64,000 nt of DNA, from the NCBI RefSeq assembly GCF_009914755.1, contig NC_060934.1, one strand, 5' to 3'. How positions within the stretch are numbered: the stretch's first letter is position 1; each line of letters begins with the position of its first letter. Of this stretch, positions 25,986 through 39,309 are shown piece after piece. The notes below the pieces were generated by a model. The model did no database searches and was not told the DNA's origin. It worked only from the letters and a program-made list of their open reading frames with translations. A program made the translations under genes and the position numbers. Source of the stretch: the human T2T-CHM13v2.0 reference genome, Homo sapiens.

Positions 25986-26025
25986 ATGCTATAAATACTC
26001 TTAGGGCATTATTAAGTATGTGCAA

Positions 26026-26389
26026 TGATGTAGTTTGGCTGTGTCCCCACCCAAATCTCATCTTGAATTGTAGCTCCCATAATCCCCATGTGTCATGAAG
26101 GGGACTCAGTGGGAGGCAGTTGAATCATGAGGACAGGTTTTTCACATCCTGTTCTCATGATAGTGAATAAGTCTCACGAGATCTAATGGTTTTATAAAGG
26201 GCAGTTCCCCTGCACACATTCTCTTGCCTGCCACCATATAAGATGTGCCTTTGCTCCTCCTTCGCCTTGTGCCCTGATTGCGAGGCCTCCCCAACCATGT
26301 GGAACTGTGTATCAATTAAGCCTCTTTCCTTTATAAATTACCCAGTCTTGGGCATGTCTTTGTTAGCAGCATGAGAACAGACTAATACA
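26026..26389 (+). mobile_element. THE1D/THE1C solo LTR
   Basis: tgatgtagtttggctgtgtccccacccaaatctcatcttgaattgtagctccc...gactaataca; perfect 5-bp TSD tgcaa. Confidence 0.95.
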
Positions 26390-26609
26390 TGCAAGTTCTG
26401 TCTTTCAACTTGCCTGTCAACTTGGATAAAAAGTGGATGGCTAACCAATTTAACTCATTCCTCTGACCCTAGCACTGGTAGCTTCAGCTGCCAGAACCCA
26501 ATCACAAATTTGTAAAATCTCCCACCTCAGAAGTATTCTCAACATTAGCTCAAAGGCACTTATTTTCTGGTCTCTCATTGTTTACAAAATCTTGACTCGC
26601 CCTTTATGG

Positions 26610-27052
26610 TACCTGTCCTCTCAGTTCCTCAAACATGCTGAGCTCCTTCCTGCCTCAGGACATTTGTGAAAGCTGTTCCCTGGGCCTAGAATGCTCTGTC
26701 TATACTTTTTCACCTGGATAATGCCTAATCCTTTTTTAAGTTTTATCTTCCTCAGGAAAGTTTCTTTCTTCTTTTTTTTTTTTTAATGACCTCCCCAAGC
26801 TAGGTTATATGCTCCCACAGCATCCTGTGTTTCACGGCACACGCAGGGCACAATCACAATTTTCATTAAACAATTAAACAATGAGTCGTGTAATCATTTG
26901 CTTAATGTCTATCTCCACATTGGACTCTAAACTCCAAGAATCAGGAACAATGTTCATCCAGGGCCTAGCACAATACCTGGTATACAGTGGGTGCTTAACA
27001 CATAAGGCATAATGAATGATGATGATTTGATATTGAGATGAATGAATGAATG
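26610..27052 (+). mobile_element. L2 3' region
   Basis: tcctgcctcaggacatttg...gctgttccc...gggcctagcacaatacctggtatacagtgggtgct...tgaatgaatgaatg. Confidence 0.75.
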
Positions 27053-27075
27053 GTCAGTCCTCAGGATTTAGAGAA

Positions 27076-27572
27076 AGTTTCCACAAACTTTAGTGTGCAT
27101 TAGTCAGAATCATCTAGCAGGCTTTTTTTTTTGTTTGTTTAAACAAACAAACAAAAAAAAACAACTTTACTTATTTTTAAATTGAAGCAAAACATATACA
27201 ACATAAAATCTTTTATTTGAACTGTTTTTAAGTGTGCAGTTCAGTGGCATTAAGTACATTTGCATGATTATGCAACCATCTATCCACCGAGCATTTTTCT
27301 TCTTGCAAAAATGAAGTTCCATCCGCATTAAACAATAACAACCCATTCCTTTCCCTACTCTACCTGCTCAGTTCCTGGCAACCACCATTCTACTTTCCAT
27401 CTCTATGTATTTGCCTTCTCCTAGAGGGCTCTTTAAAACACAGATCGCTGGGCCCGACTCCCAAAGTTGCTGATATAGTACATCTGGTATGGGGCCTGGG
27501 AATTTGTATTTCTAACAATTTCCCCAGTGATGCTGATACTGTAAATCCAGGACCACCCTTTGCAAACTCTGC
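27076..27572. mobile_element. MER5A split by an L1 3' end
   Basis: caaactttagtgtgcattag...[L1]...ttaaaacacagatcgctgggccc...ggggcctgggaatttgtatttctaacaa. Confidence 0.75.
27165..27425 (-). mobile_element. L1MB 3' end
   Basis: taagtgtgcagttcagtggcattaagtacatt...ctggcaaccaccattctactttccatctctatg. Confidence 0.85.
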
Positions 27573-27744
27573 TCTGCAGGATCCTTAGGTTGCTACCTCC
27601 TACTAAGTTTTCATCACATATCCTGCACACGTTAAGAGTTCAGAAAATGTTGGTGACAGATGAGTTGATTACACTCAGCTGTCCCTGGAAGAACAAGTGA
27701 GTTGTTTTGGCTAAGGCATAGGATCATAACTCTGCTCATTATAT

Positions 27745-27892
27745 TCAGCTGGGGAGATTTTTTAAAAATACAAATGCCTGGGCCCCACTGTAGACAAATG
27801 AAATACAGTTTCAGGGAGTGGGACTTGGGTATCAGTATTTGTTGAAATTTTCCAAATGATTCTACTGTGAAGCCAGGGTTGAGAATCACTGG
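27745..27892. mobile_element. MER5B-like (hAT-Charlie)
   Basis: aaaaatacaaatgcctgggcccca...tgattctactgtgaagccagggttgagaatcactg. Confidence 0.75.
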
Positions 27893-28794
27893 GTTACAGG
27901 AAGGAAGTGAAGGGAGGAGGATCTGAAGAGGCAGATGGGAATCATAAAGAAAAACACCCGCAGAGATAGCACCCTTTGGTTTTTGTAGAAATGCCTTTGT
28001 GACTTCAGCATGGAAATGATTCTTTGCCAAGAATCATTGGTTTTTGTACTCAGAAGGTGGGTCTCCCCTCCAGGGAGTCCCTAGAGAAAACAATTCTCTA
28101 CGGATAGGTTATGCTCTTCTCAGAGATTTGGATTAACAGGAAAAGATTCTCATACAGGAGCTGACCTCTTCCTAGCCAACTTCCCCTCGGGCTATTATTT
28201 CTGGACATCACCTCATATTTCCATGAGTGTACAAAGTTATCTTCAGGTATATATCACAGTTTTCTTTTATGCCTGCTCTAATTCACAGCCATCATTTTGG
28301 AGTTTTCTCAGTAGTTTTGAAATATGTGTCTTCTCTATATTCGTTGGTTTAAAGTAGGAGAACCCTTGGTTAACATGCAACATAACAACTAAATTAAACC
28401 CAGTGAAGGCTTCATTCTGCAAAGGAATCTGCTTATCAAGTTTTTCTCCTCTGGATAACTGAATCTTGGCAGCAATAGTATAGGCCACTGCCACTCAGAG
28501 TATGGTCCACAGACCAGTGCCAACCAAGAGCTGTTACCATTCTGCAATGAGACCAAATATTTAGAAACATCTGTGGTAATCTGACAATGATGTGACATTC
28601 AAGTGGGTTCTTAGCAGACTTCCCTCGGTGAACAGGGAATTGACCAGCCCGGGTATTTTTGACCTGGGTGGTGAGTTGCAGGGGCGGGGTGAGTTTTGGA
28701 TGGGTGCTACATAGTAGGGATGCGTGTTGGTCTGTGATCCCAGTCAACTGCTCTTTTTCATTTGTGTGTTCTAACAGGAATGTGTGGTTTTTTT

Positions 28795-29000
28795 GTTGTG
28801 AATTTCTTTTGTGTTTCTCCAATGACTACTAAATTTGAGCTCCTTTGCTTATGTTTATTGGCCTTTTGTGTATCCTATTTAAGTGCCTGTTCCACTGCCT
28901 TGCCCATTTTTCTATTGAGTTTTAATCTTTTTCTTATTGGAGAGTAGGATTTAGTTTAATATTCTAGATATAATTCTCTTGTTGGATATGTGGTCATTGG
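28795..29000 (-). mobile_element. L1M fragment
   Basis: atgactactaaatttgagc...tatgtttattggcc...tgcctgttc...ttgcccatttttctattg. Confidence 0.65.
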
Positions 29001-29003
29001 AAA

Positions 29004-29299
29004 TTTTTTTTTTTTTGAGACGGAGTCTCGCTCTGTCGCCCAGGCTGGAGTGAAGTGGCGCTATCTCGGCTCACTGCAGGCTCCGCCCCTCCGGGGTTCA
29101 CGCCATTCTCCTGCCTCAGCCTCCCGAGTAGCTGGGACTACAGGCGCCTGCCACCTCGCCCGGCTAATTTTTTGTATTTTTAGTAGAGACGGGGTTTCAC
29201 CGTGTTAGCCAGGATGGTCTCTATCTCCTGACCTCGTGATCCGCCCGCCTCGGCCACCCAAAGTGCTGGGATTACAGGCGTGAGTCACCGCTCCCGGCC
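29004..29299 (-). mobile_element. AluY
   Basis: ggttcacgccattctcc, accgtgttagccaggatggtc, CpG-rich; TSD tggaaattttt. Confidence 0.95.
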
Positions 29300-29479
29300 T
29301 GGAAATTTTTAAAAAATGTCCTTACCCCAGACAGGTTGAGAAGCAAGATCACTGTGGGTTAACCCTGAGGTTCTATCCATGACAATACCTTGTGAATTTA
29401 TTTTTGAAGATCAGAGTAAGGAGTTCAAAATTGGCTCTCGAGCTCCTCGGTCAGGACTCTGAAAGTTGCAAGTATCATA

Positions 29480-29950
29480 TGCCCAATTCAAAATAGTTCA
29501 AGCAAGCAAGAAAGTATATCAGCTGACAGAACTGGGATAGATTCAGATATGTGTAGGTCTAGGTGTTCAAGGTTGTCTCTCTCTGTCTCCCTCTCCCTCT
29601 CCACAGTCTCTTGCTCTGCATCTTCTGTGCTGGCTTTATTCTCTGGCAAACTCTCTCTGTCTCTGTTGGAGAGAATGGCCCGCAAAACTCCAGACTTACA
29701 TGATTATTGCTTGTCTCAGCTTGAGAGACACCCTCTGTCTTCCAGTGTCTGTATACATGCCCCCAAAGGACTTTGATAGGCCATGCTTGGGCCATAAGTT
29801 CACCAAGGGAACAGTCTGAGTCATGAGTTATCCCATACCAGGGGACACAGAATCCTGAGCCTAAGATTTTCAACCAGAAAGTGTGTGGACTTAAGGAGGG
29901 TCAGTTCTCAAAGAGAAGGGATGCAGCGTGGACCCACAAATAATAACTGT
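29480..29950 (-). mobile_element. old MLT1 (J/K/L-like) LTR
   Basis: ggtctaggtgttcaagg...ctgcatcttctgtgctggctttattctctggcaaactctctc...atggcc. Confidence 0.6.
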
Positions 29951-30184
29951 CCACGACCTCCACTATAAAGGCAAAGGGCAATCTTGGGAACTGTTGAAGC
30001 AAGGCTTAGCAGTGTGTGTTTATGTGGTAGTAGGGGAGGAGGGAGGTATAATGTGGCCAGTGTGGTGCTGGAGAAAGATTAATTTGGCATTACTGGGTTG
30101 GTAGGGAGTACTGAGGGACTAATGACAATGAGAACCATTAGGTGAATATACATTTAAATATGGCTACTTCTTTTCATGATTATC

Positions 30185-30322
30185 TCATTCCTTTATTCCT
30201 TCACTTACTCATGCAACCAATATTTGTTGAGTACCAGTCCTATTGCTAGACTTCCCTACTTGATGATATTACTTTGATAAATAAGACAGATGTAGTCCCT
30301 GACCTTATGGAGCTAAGAGTTC
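30185..30322 (-). mobile_element. L2 3' end
   Basis: caaccaatatttgttgagtacc...aataagacagatgtagtccctgaccttatggagct. Confidence 0.7.
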
Positions 30323-31517
30323 CGTCATTAAGTATCTAAAAAGGGTTTTTTCCTAAAAAGATAATGTAGCCATCTTCTGTGACAGGACACTGAGCAAAAC
30401 CAGCGGGCTGGATCATGCTAAGAATTCAGAGGTCAGCAGTTATTATCATGAATGGTAACTCCCACCAGAGGCTGAGATAAACCCTGTTAATAAGCATGGG
30501 ATTTATTTCTGAGCTTCCTGGCAGCTAAGGCAAAAAGGAAAATCTGGTGAATTATTTCATTCTTATTGTCTGATGCCAATTCATTGTGGAAAGAAAAGCA
30601 TTTCCCTGGGTCTAAGTACTTGGAGGAATTTATTGTGAGACCATATACAAAATATTTTGAGTAACACCATAAAATCATATCCCCTAACCGGACAAAATGA
30701 CAGGGGCCTCATGCAAGTATTTCAAACAGCATTTCTAGTCTACCCCCCTCAGTTTCTCCCCAAATCAGTCTCAAACAACATGGAATCAGACTGACATCAC
30801 ATTCCTGGGCAGGAACTGCTCTTAGAGAAGCCTTTTCTAACTTCTTCAAATAGAGATTTGATTTTTCCTTTTGTTGCTTCTATAGCCTGTCTATATACCT
30901 ATGATTCCACTCATATATCCACATGACTTTGAATTGACAAATTTTTTCTCCTCATCTTCCCTTCCCACTAAATTTCAGTTACTTAAGGTAGATCCCATGT
31001 CTTCTTCAAGTCTGTGTTCCTAGGATCTACCATATTATCCAGCTTAAGTGTGATGGGAATGGCTGGAAGGAAGGAGGCAGAGAGAGGGAAAAAGGAAGAG
31101 AGAGGAGGAGGGCATCTCTTCAAGGAGAGAGAAGAAAGAGAAGTCGATCAAGAAGGTCCCAAGTCTAGGCTGAAAGAGGCCAATCTGATTCAATCCAGTG
31201 AAGGCAGGGAGTCACATAAGGGAACTGCAGGAAGGCTATTCATGGAAGCGAGGAGCCAATGAGAAGAATAAATTAAAGATTGCTCCATTTTAAGAAGACT
31301 TTAAGAACTTAGCATGTTCAAAGAAAAAAATCAATGCTTAATGGAAATTGCCTTTAATCAGTTATGATGAAGAGATGAGGAAGTTAGTATTTTGTGTGCA
31401 AACTCTTTCTATTGCCCCACCAAGAGCCCATGGTGGGTCCCTGGAGTTGCTGCTCAGGAACAGGAAAGGCCAGGGCCCAGGGCATGGCTATCCCATTCTT
31501 GTTATCAGTGGGCTTGG

Positions 31518-32033
31518 CAGGGCGTTTTAGGATGGAGGCAATGTGCGCCATGGCCTTTGGTATAGCTGGGGCCATTTTAAGTCTTCTGTTAGCCCTGGGC
31601 ACGTCCTCATTTTGGTTGGCCCACTTCATATCCTGTCAAAAATATTAAAGGGACCCATAACATAGCAAAATTTATTTTTGGTTCTAAAAATCTTCAAAGG
31701 ATTTTTATAATTTTGCTTTTGAAAATATATGGCTTGAAGTCACTCATTTATTTTGTAATTAGCCGTGGGTTCTCAGGTTTTGCAGCTCATTGTACGTGGC
31801 AAAGCAAGAAAATCTAACCTTCAGATTGCCTTTAAGTGCTGTAAAATTTTAATGCATACTAAATTTAACGAGTAATGACATTCATGTATATGAATTCAGC
31901 ATTTACTTATTTTTAGTTTGCACTTTGCTTCTAGTATTTTGATATTTCAGATCCCAAGCACCTTTGTAAGCCCTTGCAAAGTTTGCAGGCCCCGGGCACA
32001 GTGCCTAGAGCAATTTGTGGGTAAAATGGCCTC
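31518..32033. mobile_element. hAT-Tip100-like DNA transposon relic
   Basis: Imperfect TIRs cagggcgtttta / taaaatggcctc; subterminal gcacagtgcctag; AT-rich interior. Confidence 0.45.
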
Positions 32034-32204
32034 ACATACTAAGGGCTGGCACATGTCAGGCTGGACAAACCTCTCTTTAGATGTCGGGGATTTGATGTTG
32101 AAAGAAGGACACAGTTATTTCCCTGCTGAATTCAAGGCCTCATTAAAAGGGGTGGCGAGGGTATTTTTTAGCTAACTGTTTTATTATAAAAGAGTTCTGC
32201 TTTG

Positions 32205-32440
32205 GGGACAACAGTCCTGACAGCGTAGACCAGAGTTTATGTCCTGGCTGTCCTCCCAGTAACTCAGTAACATGCAGGAGTCACTTGAACTCTCAGAGAC
32301 TTAGTTTTCCTATCTATGACATGGAGCCCATATATCCATCTGTCCTTACTCCTAGGGTTGTTTTGAGGATCAAATGAGATAATCTACAAGAAAACTCTTT
32401 ATTGAAAAACACCAGACATCACAATCATGTAAGAGAGCTT
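32205..32440 (+). mobile_element. MIR SINE
   Basis: gagtcacttgaactctcagagacttagttttcctatcta...ggttgttttgaggatcaaatgagataat. Confidence 0.75.
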
Positions 32441-32445
32441 AGAAC

Positions 32446-32620
32446 AGTCATTCTCAATGCTGGATGTGCTTTGGAACCATCCCAGGGGTTTTGAGAAAGA
32501 TCTGAAGTCTGGGCCAGTCTGGAGGCCAATTAAGTCACATTTGCAGGGGAGTCAACACATGGTGGTGTCTTTTCTTAAGGGCAACTTCTTCTGGTGATTC
32601 TAATGTGCAGCTGACGTCAG
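32446..32620. mobile_element. MER5B-like
   Basis: cagtcattctcaatgctggatgtgc...ggtgattctaatgtgcagc. Confidence 0.6.
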
Positions 32621-32921
32621 GGACAGAGGTGCCCCTAGAGGACATCTGTGTCCACTGCTGGGAATGGTGAGTAGGTCAGCCTGGCTTCCAGGTTCAACAG
32701 CAGCTGTCCTTTAGCCCTGTCCTGTGGCAGGCTTCTGGTTCGTTCGGCTTATCCGGCCTCTTGGCAATTGATTCTGTGAGTTTGGCAAAAAATGGTTTGG
32801 GCTCTCCTGGCATGCGGCCAGGCTGTGCCTCCCAGGCTTGCAGTTGCACCGGCTGTGTAGGCAAGTTTGGGCCAATGGACAATGAGCAGGAGTGATGTGA
32901 CTCCTTCCTGGGCTTACCCAA

Positions 32922-33391
32922 TGTATTAGTTCCTGGGGCTGCCATAACAAATCACCACAAACCGGGTGGCTTAAAACAACGGAAATTTATGCTCTCACAG
33001 TTCTGGAGGCTACAAGTCTAGAAATCAAGATGTTGGCAGGGTCATGGTCCCTCTGAAGGCTCTGAGTAGGACCCTTCCTTGCCCCTTCCAGCTGCTGGTG
33101 GCTCATTCCTTGGCTTGTGGCAGCATTACTCTCATCTCTGCCTCCATCTCCACATGACCTCCCCCAGTTTCTCCTCTTCTGTCTGTATTTTTCTTCTTCT
33201 TACCAGGACACTTGTCACTGGATTTATAAAAGGCCCACCCAGTTACTCCACAGTAATCTCATCTTGAGATCCTTAATTATATCTGCAAAGACTTTCTTTC
33301 TAAACAAGGTCACATTTGCTGGTACTGGGGTTAGGACTTGAGCATATATTTTCAGTGGGGGTGGGGGGAAACCACAATTCAACCCATGACA
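32922..33391 (-). mobile_element. MLT1B/C solo LTR
   Basis: tgtattagttcctggggctgccataacaaatcaccacaaaccgggtggcttaaaacaac...caattcaacccatgaca. Confidence 0.92.
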
Positions 33392-33764
33392 TCCCCAGAT
33401 GACTTGACTTAGAGGTGGATGTTCCATCATCATCTTTTCAAGCACTTTCTCCAATTCTCTTACTTCTCATCACTGTACTCACTGCCCATGGGAAGGAGAA
33501 TGTTAAATACGCTACTAGGGTTGGACTAAATTAATATTCACACAGGGATGCAGTGAGGATGAAGATGTAGTTTATATCCTAATATCAGAGCTGGATGCCT
33601 GGCTTATGAGCAACCCACACTCTCATTGGAGGTGAGTGAGTCTAGCATTGATTGACCTCTGCCAGACTGGCACGATCTTGGGCATTATTTCCTTTGGCTG
33701 TCAAAACAACCAGCAAGACGGTTGCTGCTATCACCACTTGTACATGAGAAAATCGAAGATAAGT

Positions 33765-34199
33765 TTGCCCAGCAGATCCTAAGATGATCTGAGTGTGAGT
33801 TTATTTGGGTAGTGACTCCAGGAAGAACTGATGAGGGGGTCGAGAAGTGAGACTGGAACCGGAAGGAAGCCTAAACCAAGTGTGCTATGAGCAGGACAGT
33901 GTTGCAGCCAGCTGGGGTTCAGTCCCATTGGGGACCTCTGGGCATCAGGTAGAGCCCACCTCAGAGGGGTGAAGAAGCTGGACCATTTATCTACCAATGT
34001 CCACCTGATACAGATGTAGAGCTATTTCCAGAAGTGTTAACTCCCTGGCTCCTCCAGCCTGCATTACTAAGAGGCAGAACAAACTCTGGTGGCCAGAGAG
34101 ACTGTCAGACCAAGATTTTGTAATAGAAAGCTACTGGTGCCAAGGGAAACAGGCAGGGGCTGAGGGGCTCAGGGCGGGACACCGATGCCATCTGCCGCA
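33765..34199 (-). mobile_element. LTR16-family (ERVL) solo LTR
   Basis: gtttatttgggtagtgactccaggaag...gaagtgagactggaaccggaaggaagcc...gctggggttcagtcccattgggga. Confidence 0.7.
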
Positions 34200-35941
34200 G
34201 AACTAAAGAGCTTTTGCTCTTGGTGCCATGCTACAGTGCCTTGTACCAACCAGGGGCTCTACTGTCTGCCCACTGCCTGTCCCGTCGTCAGTTCTCATGC
34301 TGAAGTCCCATGCTGTTTGCAAGACTTCCTGAAGCCCAAAGACTTGGAGATCAAGTCCAGAAGATTCTTTTCTTAGATGCTTCTGCAGTGTGTGTTTTGT
34401 GTGACGGGTTCCGTGTGACCCAGTGACATGCATCATACTTGAAATATTTCCACTGCTGACAAAATAAATCAGCTCTGCCCACTGTAGCGCCCAGCTTATT
34501 AGGGGAAAATGGAATAGGGGCATTAAATATTAAGGCTGCATATTTTCCTCTCCCTTGGCACCTTCTATGCCGCTGATCACTGCCCAGCCAGCGCAGCTTT
34601 CTGTCTTTTTTCTTCTGAGGATGATTGGGGACAGGCGGGACCTTGACAAGGCAGTGAGGGGCAGATGTGTGCAATGGCACGCCAACCGGCTTCTAGGTCC
34701 CTGCTTGGGAACATCCCTGCTTGGCACCCGATGCCAAGGACTACAGCACTATCAGATTTCATGCTCATAGAAAGCTTCCTGCTCCACATGTGCAGCTTGG
34801 AAGCATTCACAGTAGAGACAGTGAAGTTTCTCGAAGGAAAGTGGTTTCAGGAGAGGCGAGTTGGAGAAAACAAACCTCAGCGAAGCAGTTGATAAATCCT
34901 GAACTAAGAAACAGATGAGATCACTGGCTTTGCTTCTTGCTTTATTAATTTTCAGCAAACATGCAATAAAGGCACCCTCACTTCTAAGCCCAGGCTAGTG
35001 AGGATGTGTGTGGACAGGCAGCTTTTAGGCCCCAGAAAGAAATTCCTCCAGAGATGTTGGTGTTTCATTCGGCTAATCTGTGGAAACCTCTGGACAAAAA
35101 TAAAAAATAAATCCCTAAGAGGGATTCTCTTTCAGAATGCTGGGAAGTTCGATCTCTTAGTTGTTTTTTAATTAATTTTTTATTATACAAGTAATGCATT
35201 AATCCAATTTTGTAAAAATTAAATCATTTCTCATAAGGCTAGAGCAGCCTCTCCAGCCTCATGTCCTGATGCCCTCGCGCTGCCTGAGAAGTGGGTGCTG
35301 GGGGGTTGACTGCAATATGATCACGATGAGGTGTGCTTAGGTTTTCACGTTTGTTTTTTCTTTGTTCCTGATGCCCCTTCTGAAAAACACTTCTGTCATT
35401 TTCAGGTGAGATCTATTGTGGTTTGGTCTCCTCTCTCTCGTCACCAGACATCCTTCCTCCTTCCCCCATGACACCGACATGGGGGCGGGATGAATTTCTT
35501 CCGATGACCATTTTTATCCACTGCATCTGAGCTCAGGAGACTTGGGGGGCTCTCTGCATCCTTTGGCATCAGGGCGGATCTTCTCCACCTAGCTTTCAAT
35601 ACTTGTCACAATCTGTCCCTCTCTGTTCCTCTCTGGTCCCCTTGCCTCCTGCCCCTGGCCCTCTTGTATCTGGTCCCTCTGGGGCAGTGCACACACCCCT
35701 CGTGTGGCCCGGTCCCGGGCCTTTGCTCCTGCTGCTCGTCTCTCACCTCCCCACTGTGGGTCATGCTGTTGTTTCAAGACGAGGCATCCTCTGAAAGGAT
35801 TCTTTGTGTGTGTGCTGGCCTTTCTTCCTGGAACTCATCTCCAGTTATCATTAGGGGCTTGGGGACTTTAATCTCTCTGGTGGCTATATTTGTTCATATT
35901 CTCTCTTCAGTCACAGAGACTCTTTTAGGTCAGAGTCAATT

Positions 35942-35965
35942 GTCATCATCATCATCATCATCATC
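35942..35965. repeat. (TCA)n microsatellite at the tail of an antisense MIR (to about 36140)
   Basis: Directly visible; MIR-like ggcaggattcaacc follows. Confidence 0.7.
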
Positions 35966-37184
35966 GCCGTTGTTGAGGCCTGCTGTGTTCCATTCTTTGG
36001 GTACGTCCCTTCCATCATCTCACTTCATCCCATTCCTGTTTATGGCTAAGGATCTGTGACTGGGAGAGGCTATGTCCCTTGTGAAAAAAGTCCCATAGCT
36101 AATACAAGTCAAAGGCAGGATTCAACCTTAGGGCTGCCTCCCAAGCACATGAATGATAAGAATAAAGGTTTGATATGAACCTGATGGTGCATGTCCCCTA
36201 ATTTTGCTTAATCAGTGGCCCTGGTCCTGGATATCCCATATTTGTATCTATGCAGGGTGCTTAAAGGGCAAGCCTTGGAATTTGTGGTCCCCTCTGCTTG
36301 CCCTTTGCTCAGGTGCTTGGAGAGCTAAGATCTGAAGGGGGTTGGGGGAGGGCTGCCTATCAGGTGGGCTTAGGCCTCCAGGGACCCCAGCGAAGCTGTC
36401 AGCAATTTAGGTTAAATGAGCGTCCAAAGGCCAGCACTGCGGAAAGATCATGGGAAGACATTATCCACGGTTGTTTACAAGTGAGACTGAGAAACTCCTT
36501 AGTGGCTTTCTTGAGGAGGGAAGACATGTCCCTTCAGGGAAAATTAGGCAAATCGTGTGCCTGTTTGGGCCATGCAGGCCCCAGTCCTCACGGGGAAATT
36601 AACTTGTCACTGGCTTGGCTGTCACTTGTGCTCTTCTCATGGCCTCCTGTGTTTCGGCATCATTGCAGCCGCAGGGAGCACGTGTGCATGAATCCTCATG
36701 CCTGGCACCTGCATCTGGGGAGAGGAACTTCATTTAGGGCATGCCACAGTCTGGCTGGGATGTTCTGGTGATTCACTGTACTCCCACAAAGGATAATAAC
36801 AGATAACCTGTCCCCTTGTCTGCACCTGCCGAAGCCTCCTTTAGCCCTTAGGGCCCAAAAGTTCTCCCCTGTTGAGCTGCTCTCTGTCATAGTCTACCTC
36901 TCCCAATCAGAATGAAGGGCTGTGAGACTGTGAGAATCCCTGGTTCCAAGAGCATGAGCAGATGGTGCATGAAACAGTGGCTCAGTGGTCAAGCAAGTGT
37001 GAAAAATGCTCTTATGAGTATCTTGCTGCAGGACTTCTCAGAGCCTTCAATGTGCTAGAGGGGGCTGACATCATGTCCCCCAAATCTTTGATCATGGGAC
37101 CCTTTTTCAAGTTCAGTATCCACTTCCAGATGGTGGTGGTCCATTCCTCACACCATAAAAGACTGATGTGGAGAAAAAAGTGAG

Positions 37185-37340
37185 AATTTTAGAGTTCAGT
37201 AGAGCTGGGGAAGAAAGTCTTCCTCACCTCAACTGCTGCATGTCCCTGGGCCTTTTGGGCCTCATTTCCTCATCTTGAAGCACGGAGAACAGAATGTCCT
37301 CAAGCAGTTGTTGAGAAGATTAAATGAGATACAGTTCTTG
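37185..37340 (+). mobile_element. MIR SINE
   Basis: gggcctcatttcctcatct...gttgttgagaagattaaatgagata. Confidence 0.65.
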
Positions 37341-37729
37341 GAGCATTATTCTTAACCAACCCCAACATTGTAACCTGTGACATTGTACTCCTTGCTAATG
37401 GGACTTTATCAGACTGACTGGGATGAGAGCTATTTTTGTATGAATTTGTTTCCTTTCCCACAAGATCATGAGCTACTTGAGGGCAAGGGCTGTATCTTAG
37501 CTCAGCAAGGTGCCTGCCTCCTAGAAGGTGTTTGATATACAGTAATTACATTCCTATTGAATCTTGCCACTTTTTTGATGTTGTGGAATTGCAAGAGTCT
37601 GTGGATCTCTTGGGAAATTTTCAGGGTTTGGCAAAGCTTATGCAGAAATAATTGACCGAGGAGGAGTAAGTGGATCCTCTATTTCTTTTAAATCCATTCA
37701 AACCTTGTTGTGCATAGATAATTTTAAAA

Positions 37730-38265
37730 ACTTTTTTCTCTATAAAAATAATCATTGCTCATTGTAGAAAGTTTAGAAAATGTGGAAAAGCATAGAGAAG
37801 AAAATTAAATCGCATAATCCCAACTACTGCTATTACTTTAAATATGCATCTTTTCAGTCTATTTCATTGACTTTGTGTGTATATATAAATATGTATAATA
37901 TATATTTAATGAGAATGGATTGTTTTGTTCCAATTGTATAACCTGCTCTGTTCACTTAACAATACTTAGGAAATATATGTACACATCTTCAGATATTCTT
38001 CTGTATCATTTTAAATGGTTGTCACTGTCTGGCATTCTGCTATTGGACATCAAATGATTTATTTAAACAATCCCTTATTTTGGTGGTTGCTGTTCTTCTG
38101 TACTACAAACCATGAAACAATGAACATTCATTTGGAAAATCTTTGAAAACATCCTTGATTATGTATTTAAGATAAAATTTTAGAAGTAAAATTGTTGAAT
38201 CACAAATTAATAGTAGAATAGTGGAATTCTTAACCAAGGAACATTTGGTATTTGCCAAGTGTTAT
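37730..38265 (-). mobile_element. L1ME 3' fragment
   Basis: ataaaaataatcattgctcattgtagaaagtttagaaaa...tgttcacttaacaata...aaaattttagaagtaaaattgttgaatca. Confidence 0.7.
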
Positions 38266-38269
38266 TCTA

Positions 38270-38490
38270 GACAAGAGGTTGGTAAAGTACAGCCTGCAGG
38301 TCAAATGTAGCCCACTTCATGTTCTTCAAATAAAGTTTTATTGGAACACAGCCATGCCCAATCATTTGCATATAATTTGTGGTTGCTTTTTGCTCCAAAA
38401 TGGCAAAGCTGAGTGGTTACAGTGAAGACTGTATATCCTGCAACACTTAAAGTATTTACTAACTGGTATTTTACAGAAAATGTTTGCTGT
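38270..38490. mobile_element. MER58A (hAT-Charlie)
   Basis: aaataaagttttattggaacacagccatgccc...aaagtatttactaactggtattttacagaaaatgtttgc; flanked by ttctaga. Confidence 0.88.
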
Positions 38491-38494
38491 TCTA

Positions 38495-38854
<360 letters not shown>

Positions 38855-39084
38855 CTTGAACTTTTGCTAAGAAAGAAAGAACAAAAATACTGATGAGGTC
38901 ACTGGTGACCCTTCTAGCATGACCTCCTAGGTGTTAAATTCTTTGCTGACTTTTTAGTCCTTACCCACTTACTCTTTTGTGTATTTCAAACAAAACACCA
39001 TTTCCTCATTATGAAACTTTTGCCTATACTGTCTTCAGCAACATTCTTCCCCAGGTCCTTGCAGAGTTTCCTTATTAGTTTGCA

Positions 39085-39270
39085 ATAGAGTCCAGTGGCT
39101 AAGAACTTGTACTGTGGAGACAGATTGGCCTGGCTTGAAATCCCAGCTCCTTTGTTTCCTAGTCTTTGGCCTTCAGCACCAGTTTCATTCTCTGAAAAAT
39201 GAGTGGAATCAACACCTATTTGACAAGTTCCTAGCTCTGCACCCAGCACATACTATGTGCTCAATAAAGG
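39085..39270 (+). mobile_element. MIR SINE
   Basis: agtggctaagaac...tggagacagattggcctggcttgaaatcccagctcc...gtgctcaataaa. Confidence 0.7.
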
Positions 39271-39309
39271 ATGGCTTTGTGTCTCCGTTACCTTTCCCAG
39301 CATCTCTCC

